Source: an uncultured Candidatus Saccharibacteria bacterium
GTDB taxonomy: Bacteria; Patescibacteriota; Saccharimonadia; Saccharimonadales; UBA10212
Reading direction: 5' to 3'
DNA length: 64,000 nucleotides
NCBI GenBank assembly: GCA_964514575.1
Contig: CAZETJ010000001.1
Location: 56,014 to 120,013 of the forward strand
Both the position numbers and the translations under genes were made by a program. Position 1 is the first letter of the stretch; each line of letters starts with the position of its first letter. Shown here piece after piece: positions 1-10,042 of this stretch. The notes under the pieces are model-generated. The model was given only the letters and a program-made list of their open reading frames with translations. It was not told the DNA's origin and ran no database searches.

Positions 1-270
1 GAAAAAAAGCGCCTCAGCCAGTTCCCGGTTGGACAGGGCCTATTTTTCGCTGGCCAAAACCACGTACATATCCAGGTTATCGCCAGCCCGACCGAGACTG
101 ATTTGATAATATCTACCCCTGGTCTGACACCTGTCGAGGGCGAAGCACCAACTGCGGCTGTAGCCTCTCCTGAGATTGAGTCGCCACCACTGGCACAATC
201 GAATATCGAAGCTAGCGGTTCAACTGCCGCCAGTTTGCCACCAAGTATTCAAACTGTTAGCGGAGCATAG
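1..270 (+). CDS. 3' end of an upstream ORF (partial, start outside window); C-terminal Ala/Pro/Ser-rich tail
   Basis: Frame 1 is open from base 1 to TAG at 268-270 (…QSNIEASGSTAASLPPSIQTVSGA*). The next ORF starts 11 nt downstream on the same strand, suggesting operon continuity. Confidence 0.4.
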   Translation, partial: EKKRLSQFPVGQGLFFAGQNHVHIQVIASPTETDLIISTPGLTPVEGEAPTAAVASPEIESPPLAQSNIEASGSTAASLPPSIQTVSGA

Positions 271-281
271 ATTAGCCAGTT

Positions 282-3116
282 ATGGCTAACACAGTTTACG
301 ACCCGGAAACAGAAAAAGACCGCCCGGTTGGCAGCGGAGGTTCGACCGATTTTTTGCGCCGGCGTGAAAGCTTGCATAATCCTGACGCCAGCGATAATCA
401 ACCAGCCGGAAAGGCTGGTGGCCCGCGAGCCGGTAGCGAAAAGGCGCCTGACTATCGTCCTCAATACGCACCTCGTTCCCGTGGAGAGGGGGATGGTGAC
501 GAAAAAGTTTATCGCACTGCTGGCAACGAACCTTCAGATACGCTGGGCGAACCGCTATCAGGCGAAGGCAAAAAATCATCGGCAAAAAAAACTGTTCCCG
601 ACAGAGGTGAGCTGGCACAAAAAGAAGAAGCTGCTACCGGCCAGGAGGCGCAAGCATCCACTGGAGTGGTTCAGCATGAAAACCAAGTTGGCCGCGGTTG
701 GACAGGCAAGGGCGGATCAAAAGCTAACCCTCGCTGGTACGCTCGACATAAACGAAAGTTGATTTGGGGTGGCGTTAGCGCCACTTTGGCCGGACTATCA
801 GTCGCGCTTTTCTTCGCCCTACTTCCTTTAAAAATTCTAAACGTTGTTAACAACCTGCAGAACCGCTTTTTTGCTACCGGGCAGAATGCTGTCCAGACTG
901 AAACGGATAATCTATTCAGGGGCTACGTCATTAAGCATGTCCTGCCGAGTTACAAAACTTGTGGGACAACCATCAGCAAAAACTGCAGTATTAACGTTGT
1001 CGGTACCGATCCCGTTAGTAAGCTCTACCGCAGCTGGTCAACCGGCCGCCTGGAAAACAAATTGGCCCAAAATTATGGTATCGAGTTCCAGCACCGAGCT
1101 GACGGGTGGTATTTAAAGACGCCTAGCACCAGTGGGGTCGGCCTGGCAATCGGTGAAAACGGCGCCGAGCTAGATAGTGCCTTCAAGAAGGTTGGAATCT
1201 CCGAGATTCGCGGGGCAATCAGCCAAGAGACCAGATGGTACCAGGTTTATTTCAGATTCAAAGTCGGAAGCTTGCTTCAAGAAAAGTACGGCATCAGGCG
1301 TTGCTTGATTTTCTGTTCCGTGACGGACCCGCTCACCAACAAAGTGGCCGATCAAAAAATAGCGGCAAAACTGTTTTTGACACAGCGGGTCATCACACCG
1401 CGCAACCAAACGCTAGGCATAGCCTTTGAATGTTTGCTTAACGGTTGCATCGCAGACACTGCCCAGCCGACCACTGACGCAACGCCGGGACTCACAGGGG
1501 CTGAAGCCGGAGCTCCAGAAAATGCTGAAACCGACGCGGCCATCCGTAGAGGTCTCACCAGTTTTGCAGCCAGGTACGGCGTGACTGACAGCGGCTCAGT
1601 TGATGCGCTGGTTCAGACCTACAAAGATATCTCGGACAAAGGTTTTCAGAAATACCTCGTTACCAAAGGACTGGCCCCGTTCATCGGCGAAACTACCGCC
1701 GATGGCTTCACTAAACTGGTACCGATAGCCGGCTGGATAGACCTGACGGCTAGATTGGTTCAGGCGGGTGGCGAAGCCAGCCAAAACCTTAGAAAATTGG
1801 CTTATGTCACTAACGCCACGGCTGCGGTTGATCTATTTTCTATGTATCGGACTTATGCTGATGAGATAAAAAGTGGCCACGCCAACGCTACCGAAGTTGG
1901 CTCGCTAGTTGATTCACTGGGCTCGGGTAACCAGGGATCCTCCACTGATCCAGAAGTCGGCGGCACAGCCAGTGCTGAGCAAGCGCCGCTCTATGATTAT
2001 CTTATCAATGGCAATACCAACGCCAGCGCTTCCTCTGCCACAGCTTCTAAGGGCTCCTTGCTCAGCGACTTGCTGGGATCACAAGTCTTGGCCGCTTCCG
2101 GCGCTACAACCGCAACACCAAGCTATCTATGCAATAACGGCAAGGGCGTGCCTGCCGGTCAGTTGGTCTGCAACGAAGAAATTCTCGGTCAGGGCAACCA
2201 TTACGCCGATACCATAAAAAACATTCCTGGGTATGATTTTCTACAAAAAATATCCGGCTTATGGATGGCGTCTGGCGGACAGGTATTCAGCATTATTAAC
2301 AGTATCTTGGGCAGTGTATTCCAGAAAGTCGTCGCTGGCCTAGACGCCACCTGTGGCCTGCCGCTTTTCAGCCAAGTAAGTCTCTACTGTCAAGCAAAGA
2401 CTCTGGCAAGCGGGGCAGCCTCAACACTGGTCAATGCCGTTACCCAATGGCTTATCCCGAACCCCTTCAGTACTAATATGAGCGGCGCTCGCACATTTGA
2501 TATGATGGCAGCCGGCGCTGATGTGGCTGGGAATGACTCTGCCCATACTACGCTTGGTGGCCAAGCGCTAACACCTGCACAATCGGCCACAATCACTAAC
2601 CAGCAGTTAGCCGACAATCAACAACAATATGCCCAGCAGTCGGTTTTTGCCCGCCTGTTTAGTACCTCGAATCCTTACTCTTTGACCACGAAATTGGCTA
2701 TGGCCCTGCCGATGAACTCATTACCGTCAATTCGTTCGGGCATTGCTAGCTTCCTTGGCAATCCATTCGCTGTCATTGGCCATAGTTTCAGTACATTATT
2801 CTCCGGGCACGCCTATGCGGCCGCCACTGTTCAGGCCGATCCATTTGGCGTTACGCAATATGGTTACCCGGCCGGCACGATTCCAAGTGATCCTCAAACC
2901 TACTGGAATGATAATTGCAGCGACGACGCCTCTCACGCCTACCAGAACGACGCCGCCAATAACAGCTGGAACAGCACGGCGTCCACGACTTTGGATTCTA
3001 ACCACATGCCAATGAACAATTCGACAAACCCCTGCCTGCTGATAATGGCGACCGTTGGTAGCGACGGCGCGACATACAGTTCTGACGTATTAACTGCGGA
3101 CGATCAAGCCAATTAG
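282..3116 (+). CDS. hypothetical large single-pass membrane protein (944 aa): disordered charged N-terminal ~160 aa, one TM helix, ~750-aa Ser/Thr/Ala/Gly-rich extracytoplasmic domain
   Basis: Long ORF in the track; the hydrophobic segment LIWGGVSATLAGLSVALFFALLPLKIL follows a basic patch (RHKRK, inside-positive). I recognise no catalytic motif. Confidence 0.6.
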   Translation: MANTVYDPETEKDRPVGSGGSTDFLRRRESLHNPDASDNQPAGKAGGPRAGSEKAPDYRPQYAPRSRGEGDGDEKVYRTAGNEPSDTLGEPLSGEGKKSSAKKTVPDRGELAQKEEAATGQEAQASTGVVQHENQVGRGWTGKGGSKANPRWYARHKRKLIWGGVSATLAGLSVALFFALLPLKILNVVNNLQNRFFATGQNAVQTETDNLFRGYVIKHVLPSYKTCGTTISKNCSINVVGTDPVSKLYRSWSTGRLENKLAQNYGIEFQHRADGWYLKTPSTSGVGLAIGENGAELDSAFKKVGISEIRGAISQETRWYQVYFRFKVGSLLQEKYGIRRCLIFCSVTDPLTNKVADQKIAAKLFLTQRVITPRNQTLGIAFECLLNGCIADTAQPTTDATPGLTGAEAGAPENAETDAAIRRGLTSFAARYGVTDSGSVDALVQTYKDISDKGFQKYLVTKGLAPFIGETTADGFTKLVPIAGWIDLTARLVQAGGEASQNLRKLAYVTNATAAVDLFSMYRTYADEIKSGHANATEVGSLVDSLGSGNQGSSTDPEVGGTASAEQAPLYDYLINGNTNASASSATASKGSLLSDLLGSQVLAASGATTATPSYLCNNGKGVPAGQLVCNEEILGQGNHYADTIKNIPGYDFLQKISGLWMASGGQVFSIINSILGSVFQKVVAGLDATCGLPLFSQVSLYCQAKTLASGAASTLVNAVTQWLIPNPFSTNMSGARTFDMMAAGADVAGNDSAHTTLGGQALTPAQSATITNQQLADNQQQYAQQSVFARLFSTSNPYSLTTKLAMALPMNSLPSIRSGIASFLGNPFAVIGHSFSTLFSGHAYAAATVQADPFGVTQYGYPAGTIPSDPQTYWNDNCSDDASHAYQNDAANNSWNSTASTTLDSNHMPMNNSTNPCLLIMATVGSDGATYSSDVLTADDQAN

Positions 3117-3118
3117 CT

Positions 3119-4255
3119 ATGCAGATATCGAAACGGTTTTCTTTGCAAAGAATCGCCTGGGCGGCACTGGCCGTAGTACTTTTGCTTTCGAGCCTTGGTG
3201 GAAGCACCGTTTCGGCCCTGACCCAGGACGATATAAATAGTATTTATAACGATACTGTCTGGTATAAGGCCGGAGGCGGTGCAGCATGCGGGTCGGGCAC
3301 TTTGGTCGGAAGCGATAATGCCCAAAAAGTTTGGAACTACCTAAAAGGACAGAGCTTAAGCGACGCTCAGGCAGCCGGCGTAATGGGCAATATGCAACAG
3401 GAGTCCTCGTTCGACCCAGAGAGAATTGAGAGCGGTGGCAATAGTACCAACCCGGCGGACGCTGGGGGCGGGGGCTGGGGTTTAGTCCAATGGACACCAG
3501 GCTCCAAGGTTCTCGATATTGCCCAAAGTCTTAATATTACCGACCCAATCTATCAGCTCTCGACACAGCTAGAAATAGTTTGGGGCGAGATGATTGGCAC
3601 TAGCCCAGTGGGTGTTGTCAATATGCTCAATGGACTGAAGCAAATCAGCGACGCTGCCCAGGCGGCAACCTACTTTAATGCAAATTTTGAAAGCGGTACT
3701 GATCCGAGTGGGGTCAGGGAGACCTATGCCGTGGCGCTGCTAGCTCAATATGGAGGGACTGGCGCCGGTGGTGGCTGTGGTAATTCAATTAGCCCAAATT
3801 GCCAAGCCGCTAGCGGCACGGCTAGGATTCTCTGCGACGCCGAACAGTACGACACGGTTAGTTATAGCGAGGGCGGCGGCCACCAGGGCGGAGCTGCCTG
3901 GCATACCGACTGTCCAAGTATTGGGCCAGGCTGTGTCTTGGATTGCAGCGGTCTTGTGAACGTTGCAATTTATGATGTGTATGGAACAAATATTAATGAG
4001 ACAACGTATACCGAGGCAAGCGACACGCAGTATTGGCATCATATCTCGTTCGGCGAATTACAGCCCGGAGACTTACTAGAGCCGGGGCAATATAACGGCG
4101 GCCATGTAGAAATAGTCGATCATGTTAACGGACACACTATTTACACCTTTGGCGCTCATACTGCCAATGCCCCTCAGCCAGACCAGGTCGGACCGACAAA
4201 TTATCAATCTAATTCTAATGACGTCTACCTGCGTTACGCGGGACCAGGCGCATGA
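3119..4255 (+). CDS. secreted bifunctional peptidoglycan hydrolase: N-terminal lysozyme-like ('phage tail lysozyme'/CwlT-muramidase-like) domain + C-terminal NlpC/P60 cysteine peptidase domain
   Basis: Signal peptide (MQISKRFSLQRIAWAALAVVLLLSSLGGSTVSA). The motif GNMQQESSFDPERIESGG…GWGLVQWT is typical of the lysozyme-like domain of CwlT/tail-associated lysins. The C-terminus has the NlpC/P60-like catalytic Cys context DCSGLV and a downstream His (GGHVEIV). It starts 2 nt after the previous ORF. Confidence 0.7.
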   Translation: MQISKRFSLQRIAWAALAVVLLLSSLGGSTVSALTQDDINSIYNDTVWYKAGGGAACGSGTLVGSDNAQKVWNYLKGQSLSDAQAAGVMGNMQQESSFDPERIESGGNSTNPADAGGGGWGLVQWTPGSKVLDIAQSLNITDPIYQLSTQLEIVWGEMIGTSPVGVVNMLNGLKQISDAAQAATYFNANFESGTDPSGVRETYAVALLAQYGGTGAGGGCGNSISPNCQAASGTARILCDAEQYDTVSYSEGGGHQGGAAWHTDCPSIGPGCVLDCSGLVNVAIYDVYGTNINETTYTEASDTQYWHHISFGELQPGDLLEPGQYNGGHVEIVDHVNGHTIYTFGAHTANAPQPDQVGPTNYQSNSNDVYLRYAGPGA

Positions 4256-4285
4256 ATAACTTAATTTATGCTAAGGTCATAAAAG

Positions 4286-4714
4286 ATGCGGCTTAATAAA
4301 TACATATACTCTCTAGGTCTTCTGTTTTTCGTCGTAGTTGGCGGCCTGGTGGCACAGTACTTGATACTCGGTGGCGCCAGGGAAGTTAAACTATCATCTT
4401 CTGCACCGCTTACTGGCAGCGTTGCCCAAAGCCTGTATTCCGGTAATGGACGAACCAAATTATTAACTCCTGGCAAAGATTTTAATCTTAAAAACACCCA
4501 CTACTTTGATAATAATACCTGGGTAGTGACTACAGTTACGCCGACTAAACAACAGTTTAACCAAGCGGTTGTCGTTCTAGAGAAAAAAGATTCGGCCTAC
4601 CAGGCTGTGCTGGGCCCGGGCAGCGCCTTCTCAAGTAGCGTTCTTATAAGTCTACCGACCGATGTCGCCAATTATCTTAGTAATCTGGGAGTGACTTATG
4701 GACTCGGGCAATAG
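4286..4714 (+). CDS. hypothetical membrane-anchored protein (N-terminal TM/signal anchor)
   Basis: ORF with N-terminal hydrophobic helix LGLLFFVVVGGLVAQYLIL; no recognisable domain. Confidence 0.5.
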   Translation: MRLNKYIYSLGLLFFVVVGGLVAQYLILGGAREVKLSSSAPLTGSVAQSLYSGNGRTKLLTPGKDFNLKNTHYFDNNTWVVTTVTPTKQQFNQAVVVLEKKDSAYQAVLGPGSAFSSSVLISLPTDVANYLSNLGVTYGLGQ

Positions 4715-5348
4715 ACAAAAACTTAGTCTCGCCCTCTATGGGTTGTGCCTCCTAGCTCTGGCGGGGATGGTCTATTTGGTGTTTCAGGCCGTCAACACCG
4801 CCAGCGCCACTGGTATCCTGAAAGTCAGCTCCCCGGATAAAAAATCCTCGCTTAGCGTTAGCCGCACTGACTCGGTAGCCAAGTTCATCGGTGTGGGTGG
4901 CGCTAAAGTACGCCTGAGCCCCGGAAGCTATTTGGTGGGCGCCAGCAATAACGGTCGCCAGGTCTATGAAACCGTCGTTATTAAAAAGCAGGCAACCGCT
5001 AATTTAAGCCTGGATCCTTCCAAGGCAGTTGTTTTCCCAACGGTTGAGGCCGTGGATTTCACCGGTTTTGACTCCCTGATCAACAGCGGTCTCACCTCAG
5101 TCCAGATAAGTATCCTAAAAAGTGCTTTTTTCCGTTATAAGCCAACGGAGAAAACAGTCGCAATCGACGCCTCCAGTGTCGTGCCAGGACCCCATAACCC
5201 AGATACTGACATTGGTTTTAGCCTACAGTTCAACTTATCTCTTGACTCCAGGGCTCTCAAGGCAGTAGTTAGCTATTCTGAGCTTACCAGCGCACGTCTC
5301 CAGCTGTTTGATCAGCAGGGCAGCGCACTTTTTGACTCTAGTAAATAG
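4698..5348 (+). CDS. hypothetical membrane-anchored protein
   Basis: ORF overlapping the previous one by 17 nt; N-terminal TM LSLALYGLCLLALAGMVYLVF; no recognisable domain. Confidence 0.5.
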   Translation: MDSGNRQKLSLALYGLCLLALAGMVYLVFQAVNTASATGILKVSSPDKKSSLSVSRTDSVAKFIGVGGAKVRLSPGSYLVGASNNGRQVYETVVIKKQATANLSLDPSKAVVFPTVEAVDFTGFDSLINSGLTSVQISILKSAFFRYKPTEKTVAIDASSVVPGPHNPDTDIGFSLQFNLSLDSRALKAVVSYSELTSARLQLFDQQGSALFDSSK

Positions 5349-5351
5349 AGC

Positions 5352-6131
5352 TTGCGGTTGCAATTTTTAAGCAAATATGCTATATATAGAGGCGTGAGTA
5401 ATCCAAACAAAAACATCGACCGTCGACAAAAAATAGTACAGCGTGTGGCGCCATGGATGGCTGGCCTCTCTTTAGCTGGCGCTGTGGCCGCAGAAGCCTC
5501 TACCGCCCAGGCGGCTCAAACTAAGACCGAGGTACAGACAGCGGTCAATTATGAGAGTCCCAAGGGGTACCTTAATGAAATTAACAGTCGCTTGTTAGAG
5601 ATAAAATCAGAGCTAATTAAAGCACCCGGTGTAAAGTCTGGCAACACAGGGATGATTACGGGTGATCCCAAGACGCATAAGCTTATCTCAGGAACTTATT
5701 ATATGCTCGAGCGGCCAAGTGGGAAAAATCATAATCATACAGACTTTATAAATATGGTTTTTATAAAAGGTCAGGAGCTGCCTTTTGTGGCTAGTGGGGG
5801 GGTAGATTATTCGGCAAACACTAAAACTGGGCAGCAGTCGGGCGTAGAGTTTTATATGCTGCACGAAGATGTCATCCAGACTGGTGTGGATGGTGGTTTC
5901 AGTAACACCAAATATAAGGACGTTGTAGATTACGACGTGGCCAAGCTCAACATTTCCGTTAATAATCTGAGAAATGCTAAAAGCTATCGCGTAGGCATAC
6001 GCCCGCCTCTAGGCAAACTTCCAAGCGATGACGCTAAAGCTATGTTTGATTATAAGTATCATCCGACCCAGGTCATGGATGCCTACAACCAGTTCTTTGA
6101 GTTGGCTGCCAGTTTCGGTCTAAAGTCCTAG
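5352..6131 (+). CDS. hypothetical secreted protein
   Basis: ORF; likely signal peptide around WMAGLSLAGAVAAEASTAQA; no recognisable domain. Confidence 0.5.
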   Translation: MRLQFLSKYAIYRGVSNPNKNIDRRQKIVQRVAPWMAGLSLAGAVAAEASTAQAAQTKTEVQTAVNYESPKGYLNEINSRLLEIKSELIKAPGVKSGNTGMITGDPKTHKLISGTYYMLERPSGKNHNHTDFINMVFIKGQELPFVASGGVDYSANTKTGQQSGVEFYMLHEDVIQTGVDGGFSNTKYKDVVDYDVAKLNISVNNLRNAKSYRVGIRPPLGKLPSDDAKAMFDYKYHPTQVMDAYNQFFELAASFGLKS

Positions 6132-6132
6132 T

Positions 6133-7188
6133 TTATTTAAGCGCGATTAACTTGTGCCCGCGGTCGAAGTATTCGATGACAGCGTCAGCGTCAGTAGTCG
6201 TTAAAATGGCTTGGCGTCCGGTTAAAAGTTCAACCAGCGCCTGGCGGCGCTTGCCGTCCAGTTCGGAGAAAACATCGTCCAATAGAAGTATTGGGGCTTG
6301 TCCGCGGCTTTTTTCTACCAGCTCGGCCTCGATTTTTTTGAGCGCTAAGATTAATGATCGGGTCTCTCCTCGCGAAGCAGTTATACCGGCGGGGTAGGTA
6401 TTGAGCGAAAATATAAAGTCCTCGCGGTGTGGTCCATGTCCGGTAAAACCCCTAGCTAAATCCGACTGGAGGCTTTTGCCTAATTTAGCGACAAGCCGGC
6501 TGGCGTAGTGGTTGATTGGAAACTCAGCGTCGTATCTAAGGCTCAGTTTGGAGCGCCGGCCAGCAATTTTGTTGTAAGTCCGAGCTAGACTGGTATTAAT
6601 CTGGGTGGCGAGATCCGTGCGCACGGTAGCTAGTTGGGCGCCTAGATCGCCCAGCCGCACATCCCAGGCAAAAAGCTGGCGGCCGGCAAATCTTTCGCCG
6701 CGTTTTAATAGGGCGTTGCGTTGGGTCAGAGTCCGACGATAGGCTGCAGATAAGCTTTTAAATTGCGGGTTGGTGCGCTCTAAGATATCGTCAGCCCAGT
6801 CGCGGCGGTCGGAGGGACTGCCGGCGATAATGGCCGTTTGGTTGGGTTCGAAAAAGACAATTGGAATACTGCGCTCGTAGTTAAGCCTTTTTAGGTTCGT
6901 AGCGTTTATAGAAAAAGTTTTATCTACCGAGTCGCCTATGGGCTCTAGTTTGACGCTTCTTTCTGAGCCTTCAAAAACACCATCTAATCGTGCCCAGGCT
7001 TTGCGGTGCTTGATTAGCTCGGCATCGCTAGCTTTATATGAACGGCCGCGTGACAAAACCATTACTGCTTCTAGCAGGTTGGTTTTGCCGCTGGCATTGG
7101 GACCGACCACAATATTGACGCTTGGCTCAAATTCGAACGACGCGTCAGAGTAACTGCGAAAGTTTTGCAAACGGATAGATCTGATCAT
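6133..7188 (-). CDS. recF: DNA replication and repair protein RecF
   Basis: N-terminal MIRSIRLQNFRSY… and Walker A GPNASGKTNLLEA; C-terminal SMC/RecF-type signature region; canonical position downstream of dnaN. Confidence 0.9.
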   Translation of the reverse strand: MIRSIRLQNFRSYSDASFEFEPSVNIVVGPNASGKTNLLEAVMVLSRGRSYKASDAELIKHRKAWARLDGVFEGSERSVKLEPIGDSVDKTFSINATNLKRLNYERSIPIVFFEPNQTAIIAGSPSDRRDWADDILERTNPQFKSLSAAYRRTLTQRNALLKRGERFAGRQLFAWDVRLGDLGAQLATVRTDLATQINTSLARTYNKIAGRRSKLSLRYDAEFPINHYASRLVAKLGKSLQSDLARGFTGHGPHREDFIFSLNTYPAGITASRGETRSLILALKKIEAELVEKSRGQAPILLLDDVFSELDGKRRQALVELLTGRQAILTTTDADAVIEYFDRGHKLIALK

Positions 7189-7309
7189 TCTTAGTTAAAG
7201 GGTACATTCTATGGCTGTTTGGTTCTAGTCTTATCTGGAAGATAGCCCGAGCGTCGGATTCATTCCGCGCCCGGCGCGATAAGAAACCCTGATGGGGTTT
7301 CTTATTTTG

Positions 7310-8398
7310 CTAGCTGCGCAGCGGCATTATCAAGTGTAGATAATCGGGCTCTGATTTGCTCCTAAGTACACAGGGTTCTAGTTTGCCGTTGAAGCAAAAT
7401 TCTATTTGGTCGCCAGAAAAAGCGTTGAGGGCTTCAATCAGATATCTGGAGTTGAGAGTTACTTCGCCGTCACTGCTGACTTGGGCTTCAGCGGCCGCGG
7501 TGTTTTCTCCCAGCTGGCTGGCGACGGCGTTGATGCTAACTCGGGCGTCTTCTTTGGAGGCTTTAATAGTGATACTACCGGCGCTTTCGCGGGCAAACAA
7601 GCTGGAAACTTTGGCGATGTTGGCCAGGTCTGCTCGAGCCATTTTGGCTGTGGTCGCGAATTTGGAAGGTATTAATTTGCGGTAGTCGGGGTAGGTGCCT
7701 TCGATTAAGCGGGCAACTAGGTTGACGTCGCCAGCATGGAAAGATACCTGCTGGTCGTCATGGCTAACAATTACCTCTTCTTCGTCGCTGATGATCCTTA
7801 GAAGATCGGCGGCAGCGCTGGCCGGTAGCAGAAAATCTATTGGCTGGCTGTTTTTGATAAGTTTGGCCTCGGCTAAGCGGTAGCTATCGGTTGCGGCTAT
7901 TGCCACCCCTGTATCGTCGCCGTGAAAATTTACACCTGTTAAAACCGGTCGAGAGTCATCTGGGCTAGCGGCAAAAACTACTTTAGAAAGTGCTTTTTTG
8001 AAGTCAACTGCTGGAATTTTCCAAGTTGCGGCTTGGCTGATAGCTGGCATAACCGGAAAGTCCTCGGCTGGGATTCCATTAATTACCGATTGATATTGGT
8101 CGGTGGTTATTTTTAGATGGTTTTCTTCTAGCTCTAGGTTTATTACGCCTTCGGGAAGACTGCTAATAAAGTCTTGCATGAGTTTGGCGGGGACGGTGAT
8201 AGCGCCTTCGGCGGTGATTTTGGAACCAACAAAGTGGGTTATGGCGATGTCTAGGTTAGTGGCTGCAATGCTGAGGCGGTTATTTTCGGTTTTAAGGAGT
8301 ACGTTGGCAAGCACAGGGAGTGTGCCGCGGTTACTGGCGATACGAGCAACGGTATTTAGGGACCGAGCTAAATTGTTTTGGGCAACTTGTAGTTTCAT
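7310..8398 (-). CDS. dnaN: DNA polymerase III beta sliding clamp
   Basis: MKLQVAQNNLARSLNTVARIA… is a typical DnaN N-terminus; ~360 aa; located between dnaA and recF. Confidence 0.9.
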   Translation of the reverse strand: MKLQVAQNNLARSLNTVARIASNRGTLPVLANVLLKTENNRLSIAATNLDIAITHFVGSKITAEGAITVPAKLMQDFISSLPEGVINLELEENHLKITTDQYQSVINGIPAEDFPVMPAISQAATWKIPAVDFKKALSKVVFAASPDDSRPVLTGVNFHGDDTGVAIAATDSYRLAEAKLIKNSQPIDFLLPASAAADLLRIISDEEEVIVSHDDQQVSFHAGDVNLVARLIEGTYPDYRKLIPSKFATTAKMARADLANIAKVSSLFARESAGSITIKASKEDARVSINAVASQLGENTAAAEAQVSSDGEVTLNSRYLIEALNAFSGDQIEFCFNGKLEPCVLRSKSEPDYLHLIMPLRS

Positions 8399-8662
8399 GA
8401 TTATTATTAAAATCCTTTTAATAGAACCTTAGACTTAGTAGGTGATGTGGAAAAAGAGTATTTCAGGCCACCCAAACAGAGGCAGAAGAACCTAGTAAAA
8501 ACTGTGTATATGGTTAGTGCATAAGCCTTGATGGTTGAGTAAAAACTGTGCAGTAAAAAGGGCCCGGTAAAAAATTTTACCGCTAGGTTGTGGTATGTGG
8601 TCATAACTAGTTGGTTTTGTAACCTTGTTTTACCCAACTTCTGCACGTAGTTCTTCACAGCC

Positions 8663-10042
8663 TTAAGCATAGATTTTTTCCTTTAGCTCATTAATTTGTT
8701 CGCGAATAGGGCTGTCATAACTAGACTCTTTATTAATTTTCTCAATTGAGTGTATAGCAGTGGTGTGGTCTTTACGGCCTAGTTCGTGAGCAATTTTGGG
8801 GAAGGATAAATGAAGCTCGTTGCGCAGCATATACATGGCTATTTGACGAGGAACAACAATGTCTTTATCGCGCTTAGGGCCGAGTATATCCTCCATGGAA
8901 ATATGGAAATATTTAGCGGTGCGTTCGATAATTTGGCGAGGGCTGATGTGCTTTGGCCGGTTAGCCTGAGCCTCAAAAATCGACTCCACCACATCCATAG
9001 TTGGATTGACGCCCCGCATTTCACAAAAGGCAATCACTTGGTTTAGGGCGCCTTCTAGTTCACGGATGTTGTTTTGAACGCGGCCGGCCAAAAACTCAAC
9101 CACGTCCCCGGGCAGCTCGATTGACTGCGAACCAGCCTTACTGTGCAAAATTGCGCAGCGGGTTTCAAAATCCGGCGACTGCATATCAATACTCATTCCC
9201 CAAGCAAAGCGGGATCGGAGCCGCTCTTCCAGGGTTGGTATGTCTTTAGGTTGTTTATCGGAACTCATAATAATTTGTTTGTTGGCCTGGTGTAGGGCGT
9301 TGAAAGTGTGAAAAAACTCTTCCTGGACCCGCTCTTTGCCAGCCAAAAACTGGACATCATCAACAATCAATACGTCAGCGCTGCGGTAAAAGTCAGCAAA
9401 ATCCGAAGTGTTCTTCTTAAACCTGATAGCGTCGACGAACTCCTGGACAAACTGCTCAGTTGAGGCATAAACGATTCGTGAACCCGGCCTGGCCGCTAAA
9501 ACGGCATTGCCCACTGCCTGGATTAGATGGGTCTTACCAATCCCAACACCACCATAAATAAATAAAGGGTTATATTTAGTGCCGGGTTTAGAGACGATCG
9601 CCTGGCAGGCAGCGTAAGCTAATTCGTTACTGGCGCCGACCACAAAATTTTCGAATGTATAACGCTCGTTTAACCCCTGCCGGTAAGAATGGCTAACATT
9701 GGCCGCGCCCTTAGCTCGCGGCTTATCTATCGTAGTGGCAACCACCCCTGAATTACTGAATATTGAGGAGTCGTCCAGTCGCTGACTAGGGGCTACGCCG
9801 GTGTGAATCTTATATTCTATCTGCTCCGCAGTTACCCCGTTTTTAGCCAAAACGCCCGACACGAGGTCATTAAACTTACGTTCCAACTGGTTTTTTACAA
9901 AAACATTAGGTACCCCGACTATCACCACACCGTCTTTCTGGCGTAATAACTGGGTATTTTTAAACCAGGTTACGAAATTGCCATGCGAGACAGATAGCTC
10001 AATTTCGCCCAGTACGGCCTGCCACAGTGCGCCGTCAGCCAC
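8663..10042 (-). CDS. dnaA: chromosomal replication initiator protein DnaA
   Basis: AAA+ Walker A (GGVGIGKTHL), sensor motifs and a C-terminal DnaA-box binding domain (…HTTAIHS…); ~459 aa. Confidence 0.95.
   Translation of the reverse strand: MADGALWQAVLGEIELSVSHGNFVTWFKNTQLLRQKDGVVIVGVPNVFVKNQLERKFNDLVSGVLAKNGVTAEQIEYKIHTGVAPSQRLDDSSIFSNSGVVATTIDKPRAKGAANVSHSYRQGLNERYTFENFVVGASNELAYAACQAIVSKPGTKYNPLFIYGGVGIGKTHLIQAVGNAVLAARPGSRIVYASTEQFVQEFVDAIRFKKNTSDFADFYRSADVLIVDDVQFLAGKERVQEEFFHTFNALHQANKQIIMSSDKQPKDIPTLEERLRSRFAWGMSIDMQSPDFETRCAILHSKAGSQSIELPGDVVEFLAGRVQNNIRELEGALNQVIAFCEMRGVNPTMDVVESIFEAQANRPKHISPRQIIERTAKYFHISMEDILGPKRDKDIVVPRQIAMYMLRNELHLSFPKIAHELGRKDHTTAIHSIEKINKESSYDSPIREQINELKEKIYA

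Noticed and set aside
249-853. Several antisense/alternative-frame ORFs (249-464-, 286-618-, 328-762+, 671-853-) inside the 944-aa gene
   Set aside because: They are fully embedded in a much longer ORF with coherent protein features. Such embedded ORFs are typical frame artefacts in moderately GC-rich coding DNA. The same applies to the many short embedded ORFs across the window.
7271-7309. Stable hairpin (aagaaaccc-tgat-gggtttctt) just beyond the dnaN stop, followed by a T-run on the plus strand
   Set aside because: The U-tract is on the wrong strand for terminating the minus-strand dnaN transcript, and no plus-strand gene ends nearby. It is probably an mRNA-stabilising stem or a coincidence, not a confident terminator.
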